Of a stretch of 56,894 nt of DNA, positions 1 through 11,946 are shown one piece after another (position 1 is the stretch's first letter; each line of letters opens with the position of its first letter). The translations under genes and the position numbers were made by a program. The stretch lies in assembly GCA_021432655.1 (NCBI GenBank), contig MU271256.1:62001-118894 (forward strand). The letters are read 5' to 3'. Below the pieces are notes generated by a model, which made no database searches, had not been told where the DNA came from, and saw only the letters and a list, made by a program, of their open reading frames with translations. This DNA is from Atractiella rhizophila (Eukaryota).

Positions 1-1162
1 CCGTGCTGAAAGTTCGAAAGGCATCCTCAACATCAAGAACTAGGATCTCAGCATCGTTTAACCCTATCTCTATTGTCGACGAGGCTGGCTCGCCTGACAA
101 ATATCGACTTGTGGTAGACTTCTCCCGCAAAGTCAAGAAACCTTGCCACCTCCTTTGAGATTTTGTCGGGCTCAGTCCAGTTTGTTATGAGGCAATACAA
201 GCATTCAACAATTTCCACTTTCAGGTAAAACAAAGTGACGGTACAAGTTATTTGCAGTCAAAACATGAAAGGCGTGGAAACGACGAACATAAACATATCT
301 GGACATGGAGTTGATGACGTGCATGCCAGTAACGGTTGGAATCCTACCTAGCAGAGATGGTTACCATCAGGCAAGATGTGAAGAGATTTGTACGCCTCCT
401 CCCTTTGCTGCTCACAGACCTTCTGGATGCCTCAATGAGACTAACAATGAGGCTGAAGAAACCAATCAACGTGCAAAGTCGAATTGAGGAAATATGACAC
501 CCTGAGAGCTCACGCAACAGCGAGAGGGGTCGCAGAAACTGATCAGATTGCTGTTCGCCATGCCGTTCTCATCGCGAAGTTACTCTCTTGATCAAAACAG
601 CGGATAACCTCCTTTACGACTCTAAAGTATGGCCGAACAAGCAAAAATTCCCCGGATATCATTCCAGCTAGGTGTCTCTCAGCGATGAGAATGTGCGAAT
701 CCTTCTATTACGGACTTGACACACAACAGCCATACAACTTAGTGGGAGAACACCGCTCACCGACAAGACATAGAGATGGATTTCCGCTCTGTCATCCAAG
801 GCACCCAATGCTAGAATAACAAAACACTCAGTCCCACTTCGAATTCGTTGTAAACTTGCTGACGAGGTGGGCTAGTCAGGTCGCACTTTAGCTGTATCGC
901 AGCGGAACTGGGGGTAGTGGATGCTTGAACCTTTAGGTTTTGGGTTCTTTGGCTATGAGAGCTGAAAAAAGTGGCTTGTGGCCAAAGTTCAAATGAGGAA
1001 GGTATAAGAGATTAAAAGCACCGTCCTATCCCCAAACACTCTGTGAGAACTGTCAGATCCAGCAAGGAGAAGAAACAAACATAGTGTATATCAACCATCT
1101 CCACTATCCACTACAATTCTGGAAAGTAAAAATCAATCAGTTCCTTCCAAGAGGTACGTCCG

Positions 1163-1440
1163 GGCCCGTCCGGCAAACTGGTCGCCCAAGGAAGTCGGAG
1201 TTGGTTGGCGATAAAACTGGCTACCAGTTTTGACCTGCTTTTTGGCTGCAAATTTTCTCAAAAATTGAAGCGCAAAACAATTTTTCGCTTACGCAAACCC
1301 CCTGGAGGCAGCAGACCCATCGCCCAAGGAGTCGGAGAATGTCGGGGTTAAAACTGGTCGAAAACTGGTCGACCAGTTTGTGCTGCGGGGAAACTGGTCG
1401 ATGTCGCGCGCACCACGTGTCCGAGGCCACAAACACGGTC
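1163..1440 (+). repeat. Cluster of AAACTGGTCG / CCAGTTT motifs plus CGCCCAAGG-AGTCGGAG duplication; candidate subterminal array of the downstream DNA transposon
   Basis: AAACTGG(TCG) occurs about five times on + with two inverted CCAGTTT copies within 280 bp, about 500 bp upstream of the transposase-like ORF. Confidence 0.45.
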
Positions 1441-1920
1441 AAATCTTCCTTCAAAAGAAGAGAAGAGTTCTCAGAAGAAAGCATGAATGGAATGAGGAAA
1501 AGAAGGAAGAAGGACGGACCCACAAACCCTAAGCAAAGGCGGAGGAAAGGACTGGTGTAGTTGTGCAAGTCCTTTCCTCCTTCTTCCATCTACCCATCCA
1601 CCACGCTTTCCTTCCCCATCTTCTCATCCACCTAGCTTCATCCGACATCCTCTATTCTCTGATCTGTGAGTGTGCTTCTGCAGCACGGCAAAAAGGTGCG
1701 CCTCTCTTGTTATGTCCCATTTCTTTCCTCTTTGCATGAATGTTGTACTAACAATTATCTCCCAGTATTTTCTGTTTCTGCTTGCTTCTCACCTTCCGTC
1801 CACCAACTTCCACGGCCACTGCTCTCTTGTGCCCCGCCCCTCCTCATCACATCCACTCTATCCCACCCTTCACGCCTTCTCCCAGCAGAGTACCAGCTCA
1901 TTGGACCTTATTCAATCGCC

Positions 1921-3483
1921 ATGTCTGCGCTTTCCTCCAACATCTTCGATCCCCCTGTCGTGAAGGCACTGTGCAAACAGGTGCTAGAGACCCACACTCG
2001 ACAGAAGGCTGGGAATAAGAAGGGAAACTGGCTTGTGGACTGGGAAACAATGTGGACAAGTCAATCGGTCAATGATACAGTGGAGAAATGGAAGAAAAAT
2101 AAAAATATTATGGGAGAAGAGGGGCAACTATTCTTTGCTGCCCAAGTGTTAGAATATAGGAAAATTGTTAACCGAGTCCTTGACAAAGAGGTATGCTATT
2201 CTGTGCTTATTTTAAAGTCTCTGGGTTACAAGTGAAATGTAGATTAACCAAGGAGCCATTCCCACTGGCTTTCCCCTCTATGGACCTCTTTTCATTCCTC
2301 CCACTGCCGATTATGACCATTTACGGCGAAGAAACATTTCTAACAGTCTGGAAAAATTTCTCGTTGAACCTCTCCTTGTCCTAACTCCTGAATACTTTCC
2401 TGGCTATAATATGGAGAAATGTCCGGTCAAAGGCTGCATGGCGAAAGTTGAAAAGCAGGGGCTGGCGCTAACTGGTTATCGCTCAGTTTATGGGATATCA
2501 TACAATTTGAAAGCAATTGGTTGTTCTCTCAAATGTCAGACTCATGGCAAATGGAGCACAACCTCTCCTAACTTTTGGAGGAACTTTCAGCCATATGAAT
2601 TAGGCATCACATATTTTTTAAAATGATTTAATAAACACATGACTAAGTTGCTTGCATGGATGGAATACCTTACTTCCGAGAGTCATCGGCTGTCACTCGA
2701 GAGCTATTCAACTTTATTACAGAATTACGGCCAAAGACTGATGTTGGCAAACTGGGAGATGCGATTCAGCGTACGTAACTACTGTCTTTGCTTAGAAAAA
2801 CAACTTATACACTCTTTGTGTTTTGCAGAGCTACATTCAGAGCATGTCCAGCAGATTAAACGAGTTTGGCAACAGTACGCTATTGCAGAACAGATTCGTC
2901 ACAAATGGCCTTCCGGCCCGTTCAAGCCAATCTTGAAGCAGTTCCCAGCTGTTCTATCCAGAGCTGCCGATCCAACTATAAAAGCCGATGCGATTAATCC
3001 CTCTCCATCATCCGACCTCATCAAGACAATCTACGAACACTGGATAGAGTGTGAGCGTGGCCCAGAAAGCAACATGTATTTGAAGACCCTTACTGGTATG
3101 TATTTTGGCTTACCTTGGCCCTCTATCCTAATAAACCACCAGGTCTTTCGTTAGGCCTCAATGCAACCCTCAAGGTCGCCAAGAAGGCAAACATTTACAC
3201 TACCGTGAAGGAGACTGGTGGTCGTCAAAAAGTACAAGTTCCAAATATTTTTGGTGGAGGATTGTCGACGATGGTAAATGAGGACTGAGAACTTGTGGGA
3301 TACGTAAGTTATAAGGTTGCTGTCATCTGTAAATTCAAGGCCTAATGATAACAATCCAGGAATTTCTTGTTGGAAACTCACCGCTCGAGATGGGTCCACC
3401 ACTTCAAGATTTTGCTCAACATGCACGGCTCCTTGGAGTCGACTTTGAAGGTAGCGGGCAGGCATGTGTTGACCTCTGCTGTT
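1921..3483 (+). pseudogene. Spliced Zisupton/KDZ-like DNA transposase, 3'-truncated
   Basis: ATG at 1921; intron 2191-2242 joins ORFs in frame; CPxxxC...LKCQTH metal-binding region; motifs SLGLNATLKVAKK, GGLSTMVNED*ELV and ACVDLCC resemble Zisupton D(H/A)TFK, VLNE and VDNCC; internal TGA near 3286; homology stops right after VDLCC. Confidence 0.55.
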
Positions 3484-4660
3484 AACATAGGAACAGTATC
3501 CTTCTCTATGTGCTCGAACTCATTGGGCTGGTTTGGAGGGTAGTCAGAGAGAGAAGAGTTTTTTCGCTTATTAACTGCAGCTGCCCTGACTCTCCTGTGT
3601 GAGGCAGGAGATGTTGAATACTTCTTGGATGGCATTAGAAAGACAGATTTTGAGAATATGTGGTCATAGAGGGGCAGAGCAAAGAAGGAGGTATAAGAAT
3701 AGGACTGATTTTGTGGGGCACGTGCGAGGTGAACGAGGCATACAAGGCGAAGAAGGCGGGGATACATGCATTTAGGTTTTATGCACCTTGAGAAACATGA
3801 GAAAGTTTGGTAAAGGTGTTAAAAGAGCTAACAATATGTGAGATGTGATGAGGCGAAGGGATAGGGACGAAGTAAGAAGGGGAACAAGCAGAAAAATCGA
3901 AACCAGAGAGAGGGTCAGCAGGATTGTTAGCAGATGGCACATAAACAGGAACAAAATGGACAAGGAGAGTGTGTGACAAAGAGAAAATACGAAGCAAAGC
4001 AGAATTTATAATCGAATTAGAGCCCCAACCAGATTTGTAGGCACCCTGCGCCCCTGTATTATCTGTGTGGAGAATAATTGAGCACTCAACATGATTACGC
4101 TGGGATATAACAGAAGTATTAGGGGACAAGAGAAGAGATTGAAAGAGAAGGGTTCTGAGTTCAATAGCAAGTATTTCCCCTACTCCAATCTTCCCATCAG
4201 GGACCCTCACATCAGCTTCTAATTTCCACACAGACCAATATTTCCCTATTACAACTCCCAATACCCACAATGTGCTAGTGTCAGCAAACCATCCAAAATC
4301 GAGAGGGTTGTTGGAGTCACTTGGATAGAAGAATGGGGGAAAGTCTAGAAGGGAGTGGAGGAGGGAGAGAAGGGTATTGTGAACTGGCTGAGACACAAAT
4401 TTCTTGATACAATGTACAACCTCATCTCCCTCCTTCTGTTCAATTGCAAGAAATTGGCGTTTAAGTGCATAAAGGGGGGACGAGGTGAGGGCGTAAATGA
4501 GGAGCAATGAGGAGAATATGACCAAGAAAACCTAAGAGATACTCGAGCTGTCCAAAATCAAAGCAATAAAGTGGTGCGAGAAAAAACTGAAGCAGTAAAA
4601 AAACTTTGTAAAATTTAAGTTCAGGCAAGGAGATCTCATGAATTTTCCGAACACGTTGTT
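3484..4660 (-). mobile_element. DIRS/Ngaro retrotransposon fragment: RT C-terminus, DIRS-type RNase H and a terminal hairpin
   Basis: ORF 3779-4525 has WFADTSTLWVLGVVIG, EILAIEL, HTDNTGAQGAYKSG and VYVPSANNPADPLS (RNase H of DIRS-type RTs); minus-strand end CATAGAGAAG...TTCCTATG forms a hairpin. Confidence 0.8.
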
Positions 4661-4834
4661 CAACTTTAAGCAGAATTGGCCATTGCCCCCCTAGCTCAGG
4701 TCAAGCAATGTGCAAACAGTTATACTTGCATGCATCCAATGTTGAAGGCGTTGCATTTGAGTGAGCACACCATTAGGTTTTATTCCCTGGGTCATTTCTA
4801 GTTGCTCACCCTCAAGGAGGATGTGGCAGTACAC

Positions 4835-5571
4835 TTCTCGCCAGCAGGGCACCGTGTTTAAGGCCGCTGTGCGCCCAGCAGTTACGCTCAAAATGATTCT
4901 TCTTCTTGTCGACAAACTGGATCACTCTAATTGCTTTGATGCAGCGGTTTTAGCCTGTGCTATAATCACCTTTTTCTCTCTCTTCCGGTTAGGGGAAACC
5001 TCAGTCCGATCTCACAAATCCTTTAATCCGGCGAAATCAATTACTCGTGACGATCTCTTCTGACATCTTACGGAAGAAGATTTCCCTTATCTCCGCATAC
5101 TTCTTCGGAATGATAAATTCCTCCCCCGGTCACTCTCGAGTTTTGAGGCTTCCTCAGACCAGATTAGGCGATGTCTGGACAATGGACCTCATAGTTAATC
5201 ATCTTCACATCAACAACTCTAGAAACATACTTAACCATCTATTTGCATATATTGATCACAAGAAAAATGATGGCTCTCTTCGGGCACTTACCCGTTCAGC
5301 TTTTCTCTATCGATCTAACCAGATCTGGTCAGCAGCAGGCTATAACCACTTCTCTGGTCATTCCTTCCGTATCGGAGGTGCCTCATTTCTCCTCCAACTT
5401 GGGTTTGATATCGAGTACATTAGGATGGTAGGAAGGTGGAAGACAATCACGTATGAACGGTACCTGGATTTCCTTGATGACTACATTCCCAACCTATTCA
5501 CAAAAAATCACCCTCCTGTCGAACAGAAAAGCTTTCCTCCCAACAATTTCCGTCTCCAAACCACCCCATAA
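4835..5571 (+). pseudogene. Tyrosine recombinase (DIRS/Ngaro YR), C-terminal part, with stop/frameshift
   Basis: RPAVT...FDAAVLACA...FRLGE, then SGHSFRIGGASFLL and GRWKTITYERY (catalytic R, HxxR, W, Y); stop at 5061-5063. Confidence 0.9.
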
Positions 5572-5742
5572 TTTTTCTGATTTCGAACAATCTTTTCTCA
5601 AACGGTTTGCATATGAGAACTTCAACAGGATTTGCAGACCTTCAAACGACAACTCTTCCGCTTCAAAAATTCCACCCAATACAGGCAAGGAACTTCATGA
5701 CAAGGCCGAATTCCTAAAAAGTCTGCTTGTCATTTCAGTTTT

Positions 5743-5903
5743 GGGGCAGGACAGAAGCGCTTGATGCCCTCTGTCTTGAAACGTCGAGCATCGCTTGGGG
5801 TAAGTGTTCTGCCCTGATATGAGGTCTTGCTTTTGGCTCAGTCACTTATGAAACTTCATATTGCACACGGTTTAGCCTAGCCAAAAGCATCACCCACACC
5901 CTC
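5743..5903 (+). other. Structured terminal region of the YR element (nested stems plus predicted H-type pseudoknot)
   Basis: Complementary pairs 5743-5753/5805-5815, 5759-5766/5782-5789, 5817-5825/5853-5861 and 5828-5838/5879-5889. Confidence 0.55.
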
Positions 5904-7143
5904 TCAGTAACCTTTGGGAGCGAGTCAGAGTGGAGCTGCATGCAAAGAGGGTTCGTCTGTGACTGGGGCAACGAAAAAGCTCTTCAGGCGGAGTGGAGAA
6001 CTGCAGACAATCTTGTTTTAAATTCTGACAGATTCTGGCCAGATTTCAGGCAAATTTATAGGCAGTAATCAACTTGCAATCGCATCCGTGACCAGAGGAA
6101 TCTTCAGTTTATTAAGCTCTGTGCGGCTTGAACTTCTTCCCTTGGGTCTCGGTTTCGTCAAGGCCAAAAAGCAAAAAGCAGAGCGAACACGGCTTCTTCG
6201 CTTTTGCAGCCACAAAGAAGCGGTGGCAGAGGTTTGGAATATGGTAGTAGTTTTGCCGTTTAAATCGTTTGCACTAGTCTGGTAATCCTCTCGATGAGTT
6301 GAATCCTGTGCAATCATGTATTAGCATTAGCATCATCGATGGATCACCGAACGATATAGCATCCGTAGTGATGGGTACGGATGAACTGAGAGAAAATTAA
6401 CTGGGAACCCAATGGAAAGACCAAACAAACTCGGAGAGCAGGTGATAGAGGGAGCTCCGGCCGGATACGAGGAAATGGAGGTGGGAGGTCAAGGGACAGG
6501 AGCATTGGCGAGAGAGACGCAAAAATTGAGTTGGTGGGAGAGAAAAAAGGAGAGGTTGTCAGCGGAGTGGGAAGCAGGCATGATCTCAAGGCTTCCTTCG
6601 AGCGGCCAGAACCACGGATATTGCTGAGGTCATACGGGTACGATGTCCCTAGAAATTTGCGCAAGTTCTGCCCTGAGTCCCACCGAGGTTCCACAGGTCC
6701 ACCCGCGACGTCCAATGCCAACTTCGCCGTAACAATGCCTACGCCGACCACGACCGCTTCTCTTCTCCTGCTTGTCCTTCAAGCTGTTCTGGGCCGGAAA
6801 TCCCTTACAACGACAAGAACCCTCCCCACTGCGAGGACATTGAGGAGGCGTGGAACTGGAACCATCACACTTGGCAGTGATGGACGATAGAATGGATGAA
6901 CTCGCACTGCCACATGGTTTCTAAAATGGGGCAAGCATGATGTCTCTAACTGAAGAGAAGTGCCCAGGGGTAAAATATTGCCGCAACTCAAATACTTCAA
7001 GAATTGAAGAATCGACAGATCCAGCAAGACTACAAAAAATCCTCTTTTCTTGCTAACTTCGCTCCCTTTGCTTTCGTGCCGTTGAAAATGGTTCCAAACC
7101 AACCAACAACGCATTTACCAGTAGGCACCTGCTCGACACTAAG

Positions 7144-8298
7144 CTAGTAAAATAGTCTCCTACTGCAAACCGCCTTGCCGTTGTCCCTCAATTCCTGGCA
7201 GTCGAGGTAAAGATGGTGGTCTCCGTCTCCGTTTCCATACCGCGTGCCTTGCGTATGGTTTTCGATTTCTCGAGTTGGAGAAGAATAAAGACCTGTTGAA
7301 ACGGTCGAATAAGGGCAGTATCGACTCTGCGATGTCCGCCTGCCGCCATTGACGCGTCCAGCTCCAAGTCTCCGAGCAGACTCTGCTAAAGTCTTCATGC
7401 GCATTTCACCTCGTCCTGAATAGATTCCTCCCTCTCCGATGACGGTTGTTGTTACTGCTGAGGGTCCTGCCGTTTCTGGCATCTCGACAGCTCCTCGACG
7501 CTTTCGAGCTCTGGTAGGAGTAGCATATTCCCCTCCCGCTCCGTTCATGTTATTCTCCCCAAGAGGAGTGTCCGTAATTGCAACAACCGATCTGTTGGAA
7601 GTCCTGATCGCGACTCCGACGTCAGAATCCCCACCCCTATATCTCGCCTGTCCGCCAGGACCGATTTCGATATGGGGAGGGACACGAAAGTTTTGGTTTA
7701 CAAGGAGGGACGGTGAAATATCGAGAGATCGTAATTCGGGTTGGGAGGTAGGGCTGTGAAGACGACCGGTGAGAACGTCGTTCATCTTATAGTAACTGAT
7801 GAGATGCATTCCCGACATCGAAATCGTCTTCTTCACCAGTCCCTCCCTCTTGAACCGATACGGCCACGTTGGAGAGTCAACGAAGCTGCGTTTCCCCCGC
7901 CGAACGATGTTGTCCCACTTCTGGCCCCCCCTCTCTTTCTGCCCATAATCGACCTGCAGATCAGACACATAGCCTCCAAATCCCTCTTGAGCAGGTTGGC
8001 CGATGGAATGATCTATCGTGCACTTCTCAAGTTCACGGTAGACGAGAAAGTTCTCAAGGACTCTGGAAGGGCTCCAGACTAGACCGTCCCTCCACCTCCT
8101 GATCGCACTCTCTGCTTCTTCGAAGACGAAAATTGATCCAGAGGTTATAAGGCTCTTGTCCTGCTCCTGAAACCTCTGACCTTCGGTCTCAGTCCTTGAC
8201 GACAAGCCTCGAGGATCAACAGCGCGTCGAGGGTCGATTCGATGTATCCATGAAAAGTCGATTTTCCACCTGTAGCCATTAAAGAAGTTTTTTTCATG
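7144..8298 (-). pseudogene. Gti1/Pac2 (WOPR-domain) transcription factor, frameshifted near 8185
   Basis: TFHGYIESTLDALLILEACRQG, then frameshift to SLITSGSIFVFEEAESAIRRWRDGLVWSPSRVLENFLVYREL and YRFKREGLVKKTIS...HLISYY (WOPRa/WOPRb); true ends uncertain. Confidence 0.85.
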
Positions 8299-8751
8299 TT
8301 CTCGCTCTCCGGGACTAGGCTGCCAGGCAGGGATTCATCCTGGGACCGAACTTCGATTTGAGGCTCTGGCTGTCTGGAGCGTTGAACGTCGGAATCGGCC
8401 TGTTGCTCACGAAGAGGTTCGCCAGGGGTAGAAGGTGTCTGCCAATGAGGACGCGAGTCTTGATATCTGTTGGGTGTGCGGTCGAAGCTTAAAGGATCAA
8501 GGAAAGCAAAGTCAGAACTCAGAAGGCGAGTTAAGGGTTAGAGCAAAGTAGCACGCGATTGACAAAGAAAAATGAGGTCGAATGCGATAATAAAGTTCTA
8601 CTACTTTTGGAACCGCGAAGCGAAATCAAGAATTGCGCGAGATCAGCAAGGCAAGATCGAGTCCACTGTTGTAGTGACGCAAGCTTTATGCTCAGATGTC
8701 TTGCATCATGTTATAGCAAACGGAAGAACTTGAAGATAATCTCTGCTAAAT

Positions 8752-9889
8752 CTATGCTAACCTTGATACTAGTTCTCTCCCCATAACACCAGACGCAGGG
8801 GCTACCGTTTCCTGAGAGGTGGACACTGTGATCGGTGATCCTTGAGATGAGCTGGCATTTGGAAGAAATTCCTCCCTTGTTTCGAGCATTAGAAGCTGTC
8901 TCTGTCTGCTTAATACGTCAATCTCCAGACGCTGCTTCTTTTCCTCCAAACGCTGCCTCTTTTCCTCCAAATTCTTCGCCTTCGCCTCAGCAAAAGCAGT
9001 CTTAGCTTGTTGCTCCAAAAGTTGGACTTCGAGATAGTTGTTTTCCCGACAAAGTTGTTGGTTCTCCTCCACCGTTTGAATATATCTCTTAATCAGCGGA
9101 TTGCAATAACGCTTATCGGCCTAAATGATCCGTCAAAGAATTCTACCAATGAGCTCTTTCGCATACCTCCAGGTCAGTATGTTGGCCGTCCCAGAAGCGT
9201 CCTTCACTCCGGTTGCTGCAGCTGCTAGGAAACCACCTTGAGTTTACTATTGCCGGAAGAGGTCTTCAGGGACGTCGTGGGTGGGAAAGGATTATGCGTA
9301 CAACCTTGTTCCGTTTCGGCGCTGGCAGATTCACATTCCGACACCATTTTCTCAATGGGAGGGATCGCTGAAGCAGAAAAATCGGATCCTTCAATTTCAG
9401 TGACTTGGATATTCCCATCTACTGGATGCGACGGAGGAGTGGAATGCAAGTGATGAGCGGGCAACAAGTAGCCATCTTCAGCATCTAGCCTCACCACTGG
9501 AACCTTCGTCTGCGTTCTTTATAAATTACATGTCAAATTCAACCGAAATATACTGACCGGTTGTGTCTCAAACTCTGGTTTTTGCATTATCTGGACACCT
9601 GTACGCTTGAGTATCTGCAAATCATCAGTAGAATCCCGTGTTGCAGAGATGTAGGACTCACAGCTGCCAAATCCGTTCCAGAACCCAAACCATTCAGCTG
9701 CTGGGAAGACGGCAAAGAATCAGACGGCGCCGTAGCATTATGGAAGTCCAGGTCAAGCACTTTTCTGACAATCGCATGTGCGAGGTTGAAGTGATGAGGT
9801 GAGCGTGGGTGAGAAGTGATTGGCGCATATCCTGTGTTCCCTTCACTAGTCGCTTGACAAGAATGGTGTGGACTTGGTGAATACGACAT
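8752..9889 (-). pseudogene. Hypothetical spliced gene relic with coiled-coil C-terminus
   Basis: Collinear minus ORFs 9587-9889, 9225-9497 and 8752-9072; probable intron near 9519-9559; LEEKRQRLEEKKQRLE encoded by a 21-bp duplication. Confidence 0.3.
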
Positions 9890-10266
9890 GTCAGATAGCT
9901 AAAGTAATTATTGAAATGGAGTCGTTTATTTGGTCGCTAGAGGGGTTGAGAAGTGGATATACGAATATAACGTGATGGAGGTGAATTGAATAACAAGTTC
10001 GAAAATACCAAGTTCGAGAATGGGTAGAACTAGCGCTTTTATAATGGAATTGGGAAGAAGGGTTTTGGTTTTTTTGATTCTAACCGTATTGAACTCTCCT
10101 TCTGAATGACACAAACCATTCGTCGATCCAGAATATGAGCAACGGGTCGCCGATTTTTGGATAAGGTTTAGTCGAAAGACGAAGCGCAAGGGGATATGTC
10201 CATCACAGCGCCGTTTGATCCAGCGGATTTATTGAGAATAACCCTTTCATGTGTAAGCTTAAGTCA

Positions 10267-10387
10267 TCGCATCCATCAAAATGTTCGACGAATGCCTCGT
10301 ATCCATCCAAAATGTCCGAGGAATGCATCCATCCAAAATGTCCGAGGAATGCATCCATCCAAAATGTCCGAGGAATACCTCGTATCC
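10267..10387 (+). repeat. Hairpin minisatellite, copy A (ATCCATCCAAAATGTCCGAGGAATGC[CTCGT], about 4 units)
   Basis: Directly visible 26-31-bp tandem units; same unit at 34881-34986. Confidence 0.9.
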
Positions 10388-11462
10388 TTGACCCGTTTCG
10401 AGAATGTCAGTTTGATTCAACTTATTCCTCGAAATGGCAGTTTAATTCACCGTCACCCAACAATCTACCCCATCCGCGGTTCTAGTCTGATCCACCCAAA
10501 ATCTATTATTCAATCCGTTGCTGCGTACCGTTTGGTCCAGAATGCAGACATCCAGGGTTCTATCTGGAAGAGTAACGACCTTCACCATTCTGTTCGTTCG
10601 TCTGTTTCTTCGAATTTTGGATGCAGACCTCGAGGACCAAGATGTGTATAGATTCTTTGTGATTACATTTCATGTTTAGATTCATCTTACTTGGTAGCAG
10701 ACCTTTGGACAAAGGATAGAAGCGAATGGTACAATATGGACCGAGGCTGCTTCATATGGTGATAACTACCTGGACAAACGCATGAAGCTCCGTGCCTCCT
10801 GGAGCTTCACAGACCGCGGGCTTGACCCTCCTATAGGGGGGTTTCCCTCCACTGTTGATTCACGGCTTAAAGGTGTTAGATTTGAGCCAGCCTGTGTTCG
10901 AGGGGGACGAACTGGAAGTCATTTTGGGAAGGTTGTATTTGTATCGAATAAGCAAACATGTTGATTTGTGAAGAGTCTAGGTGCCCGAGTCTTTACTCAG
11001 AATCTGCTACCCATCTCAGAGCTTGACAGGTACCGCTCTGGCTGAGGCGATATTGTGTCATGGAATTACTCTGACATCCTCTCAGCCTTCAAAGCGAATG
11101 GCGCCCTGCTGTTAGTGCTGTACCTCTTACAGCACCGCTGCTCCGTCATAAGCCTGCTCCGCTTCAATCGTGGTACACGTCGCTTGCACAGATCAAGAAA
11201 GCAGCTGCTAGTAAGCATGGGGATCTTCGGAAGAATTTAACTCTTGATTTGGTCTCGGATTCTGGGCAGCATGGAGAAGATCTCTCTACGTGACTCTAAA
11301 GTTCTCACAGCGTCTCCCGTTTTTGCCGAGTTGGCACGACCGGCTAGGAAAGCAGAGAACAAGCTGATTAAACACGAGAAGAAGGAAAGGAACAGACTTG
11401 GACAAGAGGGGGAGTCGAATCGTAACTCGCATGGCCCCTTGAACCTGACCCTGACTCAGAAT

Positions 11463-11677
11463 AGGGTTTGAGTCCACTGCAAAACACTTTTTCTCTCACC
11501 ACTCCAAAATAAAATTTCCTTGCAGTTTCAGAAAGACGCAAGCTTGTGCAGTAAGATGGCATATCTCATTTTGGTTCAATGTGCTTGGTGATGAAGGTAT
11601 GAAAGCTCGAAAGTGCCATTTATGACTCACACCAAGAACTGATGAATCATTACAGGATAGTACGAAGTAGGATAGGA
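11463..11677 (-). mobile_element. Helitron 5'-end fragment
   Basis: Reverse complement aligns with 37935-38135 and 46957-47140; begins A|TCCTATCCTA like 37935. Confidence 0.7.
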
Positions 11678-11946
11678 TTGGATGCACAAAGCAGAAGTTG
11701 TTTGTGCTCATTTGCATCGGATCAACCACCTTCTTGCACGAGAGGAGAGGGAAAGCAAAAACACTGTCTTCTATTACGGTCAATCCTCGTAGCAGGAAGC
11801 TTCACTCGCATGAGAGGAAAGTTCCAGAGGAAGCTTCGCTCGTGCGAGAGGAAAGTTCCCTCACCACGGAGTAAGTGTGAAATATGATCTTAGCTATGGG
11901 GTTTGGCCTGAGAAAGTCTGCAATGGTGCTGTCAAGGGAAGTGACG

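Noticed and set aside
1221..1589. Short overlapping ORFs, and the many antisense ORFs over TE domains elsewhere
   Set aside because: They overlap motif arrays or are shadows of TE frames, with no recognisable protein features
10267..10387. CRISPR-like array (palindromic ~30-bp repeats)
   Set aside because: Units are contiguous with no unique spacers, no cas genes, eukaryotic context
11794..11859. 34-bp tandem duplication AGGAAGCTTC...GAGAGGAAAGTTCC
   Set aside because: Two copies only; ordinary slippage
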